From the NCBI GenBank assembly GCA_030704615.1, contig CM060734.1, positions 32,178,001-32,242,000 on the forward strand: DNA of 64,000 nt. Direction: 5' to 3'. Of this stretch, positions 54,401-64,000 are shown in pieces. The notes under the pieces were generated by a model that was given only the letters and a program-made list of their open reading frames with translations, was not told the DNA's origin and ran no database searches. The stretch's first letter is position 1, and each line of letters opens with the position of its first letter. The position numbers were made by a program, and so were the translations under genes. The stretch comes from Takakia lepidozioides. Lineage: Eukaryota; Plantae; Bryophyta.

Positions 54401-55989
54401 ATCAATGTTGAGACATCCATGATACTATCATTACCGGACCTGGCAGTTTTGTATTATGAAGGATGAATCAACAAAATGAGACTTCGCTGATTCTGGACTT
54501 TATTGACATCATCTCATCGACTAATAAACAATGATATATTGAAGAATGAAAAAAAAATTATAATAATTAATTTTGTAATCGAAAAACAAATCTTTGGCCA
54601 AACACTATGGCATTTTTTTTTTTTACATCCAGTCCATTCATCCTATTTATGCATTACATCTGGCAAAAAGCATATTCAAATCCTCCCCACCCCCTCATAC
54701 CTCGGATCATTATTAAATTCTAGTGACGACTGAAGGTAGGAGACAAGTTTTAATGTAGAGCAGGAATAAAGACCTGCCATGGCGCCACATCATCGTTGTC
54801 ATGCCATGTCATCGTCGTCATTGTCATAATTTTAAGCTGCCCTGAAAAGCAAAAACAAAGAAAAAAAACTGAATTTTTGAAAAATCTACCACATCATGAT
54901 TCATCGTCGTCATTTTAATCTGCCTGTGACCAATTTTTTTTTTTAAATAAATTTTTGAAACATTTTCCTTGGAATGTGCTCTAATATTACTTTCTGCCTT
55001 TCTTTTGCCATTTCTTCACACATTCAATGTAAATGTGGGTTGTCGCTCCCAGGTTTCATTTAAAAAATTAAAATAAATGTTACAGCACTTTTACAGATAA
55101 ATTATGATAAAACCATCAAACAAAAAATCAATGATTTACCGACATTTCGAAACCCGCAGAAATTTAACCTTTGGGTGGCAAGTTTCAAATGACTGTAGTA
55201 CATATATATATTAAAAGAATGATAATAGCTAATGAAATTTCAAAATTCTTAGTATTAAACATTTCTATCTCCTTTCTATACTTTATTGAATTAAGATATT
55301 GCTCTTAGTTTCGTCAGCTCTAGTTGGAATCGTTTTCTTCTTTATAATAGAATCACTGTCATTAATTAGTTGAATGTATTTTTATTTTAAAACTAAAAAT
55401 ATCTTCTAATTAAAATTTATATGATTTGTTTTTTTTTAAATCTGTTTTATTTCTTGTATAAATTTTGGAATATAGATAACCGCATTAAAAAAAAAATGAA
55501 TTTTTCTTTATCAAAGCGCACTTAAGTTATGGTGTCAGCTTATCCTGAAAAACTACTGGTCTTTCCTTTGGAAAATAAACATCATTTAACGGCCGTAACA
55601 TTAAAGCAACTGGTTAAGTAACCAGTTGATCCATTACCCTCTCTTCTTTTTTTAAATTTTTTAAAAAACAAAACTTAAAGAGCTGATGGTGCATGAATCC
55701 AACAAAAATACCACCAAATTCCACGGCTGCATTAAGTTCTTACATTGTTCATATTGTTTTTCACATGAGGTTTTGGAGATGAAGGGCAGCAAAGAGACCG
55801 ATTGGCTGGTGTCCTTCCAGATATACCACATGTTTGAGCATCTCCTGTGTGGAAATCTTCTTATAATCTAATTGCAACTTGGCTCTCAATTTTCCAGACG
55901 CAAATAATGAGTTCAGTGAAATCCAAGTTAAAGTGGCGGAGGAGGAAGCAAGGAGAGGGTGAGAGTGTCATTGTAGGAACAGGGACACA

Positions 55990-57130
55990 TACAGACGCAG
56001 AAGACGAGAGGGGTGACTTTGTGTGCATTGAGGGACGATGATGAAAGATACTATGCTGAACTGGAAGATGGAAAAAAGAGGGAAATGATAGATGCAACAA
56101 TGTGTTGTGTGCAGCGAGGAAGGGATGTTGTGTTTGAGAAAAGCGTCATTCATAAATTTTTGAAATCCCACGTACTAGATGGGCACTTCAGTATTATCAT
56201 TGCCCAAATGGGCCTCCTAAGGAAATTGAATGTCATTTTCAGTATATTGGGTTCCTTGTGGAACAGAAATAGACAAGAATTGTGGCTGGCCAGTCATGGA
56301 GGCAAATGACGAAGTCAGTGCCATGCCATCACAAGGCCTCACTGGTATGGATCGGCTAAAAGTTTTTAATATAACTCTGAGTGTATTTAGCATTAAACAT
56401 TTTGTGGAGTAAAACAAATGCATCATGGAATTCATGCAAGCCCTGCCGTATAGTAATTATGAATAGATAGTCAAAATCTGGAAGATCACATAGTGTCTAT
56501 TAATAAATATCACGGAAACAGGATTTGAGCCCTGAATCACCCAGGTGGCACACCCGGTAATATCCGATGGATTTTCATTTATGGCATGCACAAGAAGTTG
56601 AACGGATGTCATTCATTAAAAGACGGAATATTCTAGTGGCAACTGTCTCAATCAAATTGGAAGCGTAATCGAAAGTATCGGTGCTAAAGCAGTCTGAACC
56701 TTTTGCGTAGTCCTGCCTTAAGGAATGCAGGGCCAATAAAATAAGTTGATTATATTTGTATAATATAAAAATACATCCACTTAACCCTTCATTGTTTACC
56801 AGGTTCCGATGGATCCCACTAACTTTTGCATATGACAATAATTTTCAATCTTTCTTCAAGATCATTTATAGCCCATGAGGTGGCAGACTTGCTCTAAAAA
56901 ACCTTAATGAGATATCTGGAAAACTTCATTTAGCGTACAGCCCTCTCAGCATCCTCGAGTGGGCCCTACTTCTCATCAAATAAGGGAAGCAAGTGTGCGA
57001 CATACTCCAAGCCAATGAGACAACAGCTGATACATTTGGCAGTGGAATGATTGCCATTTTTCTTGCGAAAAACAATGAAATATGGGATGTATGTATGTAA
57101 CACCATGGGGATGATCCACCCATTTTTGTA
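55990..57130 (+). pseudogene. Possible heavily decayed class 3 lipase
   Basis: Ordered but frameshifted traces: ALR(G)T..LNW, VIHKFL, RIVAGQS/GGxM (resembling GHSMGGAM), TFGS, HGDD. Weak. Confidence 0.25.
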
Positions 57131-57987
57131 CCAATTGAACGTAGTTCTCAGAATTCGTGGCTAGTAGTGCGGAGCAACGCAAAGCCCTAGTATTTCTATT
57201 GAAATTAAAAAAACATTGTTATCAGAATTCATCATTAGTAGTGTGGAGCAGCGTACAACCCTAATACATTACAATGCAAGAGGCGGTGAATAGCATACTG
57301 GTAAGGTAATTGCTAGTATGTAGGTGGTGAGGTGCTGGGTTCAACTCTTGATGGGTGACTCATGTAAACCTGACTCGAATGTACAAGCCTCTTATAACCG
57401 AGGACATGACATTGAATGTGTCTGTAAACAGAAAGAAGACAAATCTTGTTTCTAGCTGTGCAATGCCAACTCACAATGCTGAGTATCTTAGTTTTACTCT
57501 CTTTCGAAGTGGGTCGGGATCCAAGCACACCAGAATTCAAGATGTTGGGACAGACACTCTCACTATTGGCATCTAAATTATTCATCAGTGTTAGACATGT
57601 TAGTTATCAGTAGAGGTTTACTATCCTCCAGCAGACCTTAAGGGGTAAAACCCAAGGTAGTTCCTGAGAGAGTGTCATATGGGCGCTGTTCCGCGTCTAG
57701 ATTACGAGAAAGTGAGTTCAGTGAGTCGAGTGCTCCACAGGAGTGAGGCTGAAGGTAGTGAACACTGTTCATACTTGCGTGATTTATGATTGCGGAAGAT
57801 TGTCTACTCTAAGCTGGTGGGCTAACTATCGAGTTTTTGTGCGATTTAGTTTTTACTTTTTATTTCAAGTGATCATCTTGCTTGGATTACGCTATTGTTA
57901 TCTTCTTGCTGATCCTTCTTATATTTATGTATGATGTTACTACTCAGTGATTTTGTGATCTCATTACGGTGATCTTATTTTGTGACC

Positions 57988-58550
57988 ATGGCTTCATCAA
58001 ACGTTGAGTTTCATTGACCGAGGCTAACAAGCTTGAGGGAACTAGCAACTATGGTATCTCGAGGTTCAAAATGAAAAAAGAGGACTTGTGGGATATTGTC
58101 GATCCACAGAGCAAAGCGGCAGACATGGATGAGATGACTTGGAAGAAACTCAAGTCCAAAGCTCTCGCCAATCTACGACTATCAGTGACTTGGATCATGT
58201 AATCCCATACAACAATCAATAACCCGAAGGACTGTTGGGACACGCTGAAGTTACTCTTTGGAGCAAAGAATAATGCGAAGCATCTCATGGTCAAAAATAA
58301 ATTCACCAAGCTCAAGATGGAGGAGGACACTTCTGTGGAGACCTTTCTGGTGGAGGTAAAGAACCTATTGAATCAATTGGGAGAGTTTGATGAGACTCCA
58401 TCTGAGGACATTGTTCTGGAAACCATCATCAACGCTCTTCCAAAAAATTTCTCAATGACCTTTGTTAACATCGTGGGCAGGGAGAAGGATCTTCCCACAT
58501 TCAAAGAACTCACGGGACGGCTCCAACTTGAGGAAAGCCACCATCTTTAC
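57988..58550 (+). mobile_element. Second Copia gag fragment
   Basis: NKLEGTSNYG..FKM..EDLWDIV, KALANLRLSV, CWDTLK, KFTKLKMEEDTSVETFL..LGE..IINALP..LTGRLQLEE; truncated. Confidence 0.8.
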
Positions 58551-59115
58551 TAAACCACTAAGAAAACAAAAATTTGCTCACTTTAGAGAAGCCCTTGGCT
58601 TTTAAAGTCTCAACATGTAGTTATAAACATACATAAACAGTCAGTCTTTTATGTACAAAATTCATTTCCGAGTCTTCTATCGTTGATAAGATGAAGGATA
58701 AGTGACATAATAAGAAGAATCAATAGTATAACAAATGGTGCTATATTATATCTCTAGTTTATGTCAATTAGCTAATTTAGATATGTTATACTCTCAGCTA
58801 CACTCTCTACTCTCATACCAGTTAGAGCAAGACTCTATGTTAGGATAAACAATCTCTTTAGGATACATCTCATCCTCAGTAACTAGGAACTCTTGGAATA
58901 TAGTCCTCTCCTCCTTGAACCTAGTAGTAAAAGACATTCGTTGAACTCCAAACTGAGAGATTCCTCGCAAAAAGTTCCTAGTGATTTACATTCACCAACA
59001 CTATTGCTTGTCATTCAAAAGTATCAGCAACAAATATATACCAATTTTTGCTCGCACGACTCAATCTCCACAATAGAGATAGTGGGAATTCTGACCAAAT
59101 ACAAGTTCTCGGACA

Positions 59116-59533
59116 TTTTGGATGAGATCGACATTTGGACAATCTTCTTGGCAGAGTAAATAGTTACCCACTAGTTACTTATAACCAACCACAAGGCCAC
59201 TCATGTTGATCTGCCAACGAGGTAGTTAACTAGTTAGCAAGTACATAGCCTGATTGTGATGTGGTTGTGACGTTATCACACACACTCTTTCTTTGATGTT
59301 GCTCTCTGATTAGCATATTTTTCAGGTAGCTTGTAAGTTGCTGAGCATGAGCTTGCATGAGCAGTAGATTGCTTGCAGCTTTTGGGTTGGACGTGTGAAG
59401 TAACAGCAATCAGTTGGTATACTAGTAGAGTCAGCAATGTTGTATTCCTTGACATGAATAATATAATCTAGTTACTGCTAAAAGATTGTCATCTTTATTA
59501 TTGATCTGGGCTTGACTTGATTTAGCACAAACA
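59116..59533 (+). repeat. Copia LTR, inferred 5' LTR of the 43.6-48.2 kb element
   Basis: Reverse-complement homologue of 43642-44055. It is followed by AAAGGTTATCCAGGCCC, which resembles the half-tRNAiMet PBS GGTTATGGGCCC. Confidence 0.7.
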
Positions 59534-59955
59534 AAAGGTTATCCAGGCCCGCGCTTCCAGTGCTTTATTCTATCAGTCTCTATTTTCTAGGTAATGTCCT
59601 TTCGCTCATCACAAGAATCAGTGCAACTCTTTGGCTCCTCCGGCAGCATAGGCTCTGCATGATTTGTCGCCAAGCACACGTGGTGTCGTCTTGGATAATA
59701 CCAGTCACCATACATTGTTGGCAAATTGCGCACTATTGGTTTCAACTTCGAAACCAATTCTCCTTCATCAGGCTCACCGAACTTGGGACGCACGTCGCCG
59801 CCTGCCGGTTCTAGCAATGGATCAGTTATGGGAGACTGTGAACCACTCCCCCCCATCCCCGTCCCGATTCATCATTGAAGATGATAAATTGGGCAAAATC
59901 TAAATATTTAGATTGTGGAATTTTTGAATTTATTGGTAAAAGGTTTGATTAATTT

Positions 59956-60261
59956 ACGAACAAATTGACTGGAAATGAATTGGCTGGCGTGGAACTATCT
60001 ACATTATTAGAAGAAAGAATTACCAATTACTACACTAAATTGCAAGTGGATGAGATCGGTCGAGTGGTATCAGTTGGAGATGGAATTGCACGTGTTTATG
60101 GATCAAACAAGATTCAAGCCGGGAAAATGGTTGAATTTGCCAATGGTGTGAAAAGAATGGCTTTGAATCCAAAAAATGAGAATGTAGGTTATATCCGATA
60201 GTAATACTGCCATTAAAGAATGAGATATTGTCAAACGCACTGGATCTATTGTGGATGTTCA
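59956..60261 (+). pseudogene. atp1: Mitochondrial atp1 5' fragment (NUMT)
   Basis: (T)NKLTGNELAGVELSTLLEERITNYYTKLQVDEIGRVVSVGDGIARVYG..IQAG.MVEF..ENVG, then after a small deletion TAIKE*DIVKRTGSIVDV. No introns. Confidence 0.95.
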
Positions 60262-60684
60262 TGTCAAGGACGAGAGCCTGACTGAACACAAACAAGAGAT
60301 CAGACTAGAGGTACAAGACTAGACAAGAAGCCAAGGTCGGCGTGGCCGAATGCATGATGGGTATGAATCAAGACAATCTTGATAACAATGGACAAGAATA
60401 CAAGATACTGGAACTTGACTTGGATACTCGAATGCTGGAAACTAGACTGGAGTACTAGATACTGGAAACTGGACTAGAGTACTAGAAGTTGGACTGGAGT
60501 ACTAGGACTGGAAACAAGAATAGCTTGAACTTGTGTTGGCGAGACTGAAGAGTGTCCAGTCTCGCCTCCTATATATACTGGCTACTAAGAAGCTTCCCTA
60601 AGAAGCTTCCCCTATGGAGGTTGTTTGCTGGAAAAGTTTCCAAGATTAAACAAAGGTGATGGAGAAGCTTCCTTAAACAAAGAA
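60262..60684 (-). repeat. Inverted right-hand part of the Gypsy LTR
   Basis: Reverse complement of 48570-48997, starting at the terminal TGTCAAGGACGAG. Confidence 0.93.
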
Positions 60685-60797
60685 TCTAATTTAATTATGG
60701 ACGAAAAAAAATCTCTATGTCAATTGTTAACTGTACTAGGTCCACTAATGCAGCTCTCTCTCTTTCTTAACCCTTAAAAGCCTAAGTGGTCATGTAG

Positions 60798-60950
60798 TGG
60801 CCCTACTTCAACACACAAGTTCTTGATGGATTCTCAAATGAATCCAAAGCTGCAACATGCAACATCTGTAGGAAGATCTGCTCCACCAAAGTCTTTACTC
60901 GGATGAAAACGGTTGTTCGACATGTGACAGAGATGAGCACTAGATATGAA
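60798..60950 (+). mobile_element. BED zinc-finger-like remnant (possible hAT transposase N-terminus)
   Basis: WPYF...KAATCNICRKICS...VVRHV matches the WxYF..CxxC..RH pattern; the second His is absent. Confidence 0.4.
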
Positions 60951-62329
60951 AAGTGGTTTGGTTTTCTTGTATGGAATGGGGTGGCCCATGGTACAAGCCT
61001 TAGGAAGCAATGGGTCACTGCAAACCCATCTAAATGCATGGAATCAATCAAAAATTTGTGAGGACCACTACAAGATATGAGCGTTTTTAGGACTACGGGT
61101 TTAGCGGAGTCATAAAAACTGCACTAGGTACATGACTACAGAGCGCTGAAATGCATTACAGTTTTAGTTTTATGACTTTGTAGTAATGGATATCACTACA
61201 TGACTCCGGAAAGTTAGGGAGCATTGGTCAAACATTGTTGACCATGATGACAGGGATGGTTTATATGACTAGTGTGATATGTTTGACTACACGTGGACGA
61301 CGTTTCATGGAATCTTATGACTCCATGACTGAAGATGGTTTCAGAGCTCTATTTATACGACTACATCACTACACGTGTCATTTTGAAGGCACATATAATG
61401 CAAATAAGGTTGCCCATTAGGTTTAAAAAAGTTAAAATTTTTGCTAATAAGGTTGCCCATTAGTGTAATCGTGAACAGAAAGGAGGGCTGGGACTTGGCG
61501 TCTTTTTGTCTCCTGCGCCACACCATATAGCTGAGGGATGGAACGCGATGATAGCAGGATATGCAGGGGCGTGGGATGGAGGCGTTGAGCAAATGATGCA
61601 CGAAGGAGAAGAGGAGGAGGAGACGAGACGAGGACAAGCGAGCTCGTCGTTCTTGGGAGAGTCAGCTTGGTCTTAGCAAGTGTGTTTCAATCTCTGACTA
61701 CTCATCTACGCCGTAGTGGTTCGATCTGACAGACCAATCCGACATTACCTGACTACAGACACAAGCAGCACACACAAGAGGTCATCGGTCAAATCCTCCA
61801 TGGGTCAGGACAGGTCAAGGACAATGTGGTAGGACACCTTCTTCTTCAACCTATTTCAGCCTGTGTTGCCCTCTCATCAGACTCGGCCGCAAGATGCATA
61901 TTGAATTCTACAAGTTAGGTCGTTGGGTACATCTGTGGTGGTTTGGAGTGACTTTGGCAAGTTACTGCCAGTGTGGCAGCAGGGAAGTATCCAAAAACAT
62001 ATAATAGAGGTGAGGAGAAGCTTTGGGGTGAACACTTTCCGACCCCAATGGTGGGACAATAGAGACAAAAAGGCGAATGCCTGTTGGACTACAGAGAGAA
62101 GCATATGCATTTCAGATTGTGATAAGTAGGGTTGGGGTGTTTTGGGGAAGAACTCCACACCAGTATGGTTGGGGTGTTTGCTGGTAGAATTGTAGGCTGT
62201 CAGAGGCATGGATAGCTGAAGGAGCAGGGATAGAGTGTGGGTCCACATTCATCCAAGAGGGCTGGATTTCAAGCTCCACATTACCTATGATTCCCTGTGG
62301 AAGGATAGGTACAAGAAACCTACATGGGT

Positions 62330-63530
62330 AGATGGTCAACTGGAAGCGGCATGCTGTACTACATGTCATTACTGTACTATATGTCATTCCACAGACTGTC
62401 ATTGTTGGTCCATGTGTTTTACAACAATGCTATCAATATAAGACTCCTGGTTCGCATTGGAAGCTCAATCCCTGCAAGTTCATTGTGTGTGAAGCTCAAA
62501 CTTGCGATTTGAAGGATCTTGTAGCCAAGTTTATTCAACCGGAAAGGAGAAATTCTGAAAGCTCCAAATTTGATGTGGGCAAGCTTATGGAGGTAAGACT
62601 TAGCTTCCCTCCTCTAATGTAAGTGTTGGATAAGTTTCATTTAGTGTCGACCTTCACTGCATATATTGGCTCTTTTCTTGGCTGGTATGCTGTTGGTTGG
62701 CTTCTTTCATTTCACGTGTGTAGTGGAAGGGGAGAAGTACTTTCCTAAGTTCTGCTGCAACAATGTCTTTTTCCAGCCTAGATGTTTTCGATGGATACAA
62801 ATTGAAGTGCTTTGAATGTTGCTGCAATACTATAATAAAGTGGAGGGTGCTGAATGCAGTTGGCCTTGCTTCGTGCAGGCATAATCCAGGGAAATGTGGA
62901 CATAGCTGAAACCCCATGATAGCATTTCCAGAGGACGGTGTGGATGGCCTCACAATCCAGCATGCAAAATCCATGACAATGTGGAGCTGGCTGAATGGGC
63001 AAACAGGTTAAGTGGCGATCAAGCCACGTCACTGGTACATAGTTGCATGCTTACATAGTACATGAAAGCGTACTATATGTCATACCAAAATTGACCATGT
63101 TGGTCCATGTATTTTACAACAATGCTATCAATAAAAGACCAATGGTTCGCATTGGAAACTCTATCCCCGTAAGTGGCTTGTGCGTGATGCTCAAACTTGT
63201 GATTTGAAGGATCTTATACCCCAGTTCATTGCAGAGGTCATTGGACATTGAGAAGGCAACAGCCGTTATCTATAATCTACAGATCCCCTTCAATTTGATG
63301 TGGGAAAGCCGGTTGGCTGGAGGTCTAGTCTCACTTTCACTCATCTAATGTCAGTGTTGTATCCATTGCAATGTGGAGATGTTTGAAACAACATTGGAGC
63401 ATTTCCAGAGGATGGTCTGGAAGGCCTTTCGTGGCGTGTGCCGAATCCATGGCAAGAAAACATTGCAAGTAGAACCCATGGCAATGGTACCAGCACGGGT
63501 TGGTCCAAAGCCAATTGCAACAACAAATGA
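62330..63530 (+). repeat. Diverged tandem duplication of a decayed coding unit
   Basis: 62375-62590 matches 63073-63310 (GTACTATATGTCAT..TTTTACAACAATGCTATCAAT..TGGTTCGCATTGGAA..GATTTGAAGGATCTT..AATTTGATGTGGG). 62893-62975 matches 63370-63452 (GCATTTCCAGAGGA). Confidence 0.75.
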
Positions 63531-64000
63531 ATAAAGGGTGATGAAAGGAAAGCACTCCATAATTGATTATAAAATCCAGTGTCCAAGCATGATATCTTAA
63601 TGGGAATGCGAAGGGAGTGTTACCACCTTAAACTATCATGCATGGTCTATAACTGGAGTGCACAAATCGCGCATATCTAATCTTCATCATCCTCATCTAT
63701 GTCTGGGTCACTACATGTATCACTGTCTTCATCACAGACTTCATCTTCTCCAAGGGTTGGCTGAACATCATCACCACGTATATGGGGTGCTCGGAGGTAC
63801 AAGGAGGCCACCTGCTCTGGAGTAACCGGTACCGCTCGGCTGCATGTTGGGCCATCAGTAACCACAGTCTCCTCTAGTCTTTGTGGGGCTAACGATCCTT
63901 CCACTTCCGCCACATCATCATTATCAATTGATATGTCGCAGACCACTCTACGTGCTCGGGGGCTCTTCTCCAAGACGACACCCCGGCTCCTTCACACAAT

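Noticed and set aside
59956-60261. Functional nuclear ATP synthase alpha gene or organellar contamination
   Set aside because: It is truncated and frameshifted, has no targeting peptide, is mutated, and is interrupted by a nuclear retrotransposon with a TSD.
60262-60684. Independent solo LTR
   Set aside because: It complements the truncated 3' LTR almost exactly and carries the matching TSD, so it belongs to the same insertion.
63677-63973. Acidic-tailed 98-aa ORF
   Set aside because: There is an in-frame stop just upstream and the window edge prevents assignment; possibly a transposase tail.

Overview
Eukaryotic nuclear DNA, most likely from a bryophyte. This is an inference from a flagellar MNS1 gene, a Tcn1-like chromovirus and a moss-type atp1 N-terminus. 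The left half is gene-rich. It carries a 5-exon DDX59/RH41 DEAD-box helicase (+), a type-D nsLTP (+), a ~16-exon HI0933/YhiN flavoprotein (+), a possible 109-aa orphan gene (-) and an MNS1/CFAP127 coiled-coil gene (-). After a 500-N gap there is a decayed OPR/Old Yellow Enzyme gene (-). The right half (37-64 kb) is a transposon nest whose history can be read from the sequence. A Copia element (LTRs 43642-44055 and 59116-59533) has an internally inverted gag-integrase block. It contains a mitochondrial atp1 fragment that still carries unedited Cs. A Ty3/Gypsy chromovirus inserted into that atp1 fragment (TSD GGAAC). An apparent ~6.3-kb inversion (54401-60684) then split the Gypsy 3' LTR into two complementary halves. 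The Gypsy element shows an 11-nt self-priming signature instead of a tRNA PBS, and a possible extra ORF between pol and the PPT. Also present are a tRNA-derived SINE, 3' ends of a CCHC-bearing LINE family, hAT MITEs sharing a triplicated 8-bp TSD, and a 4-bp-TSD DNA transposon. All calls come from reading the sequence and from recalled family motifs; no searches were run.
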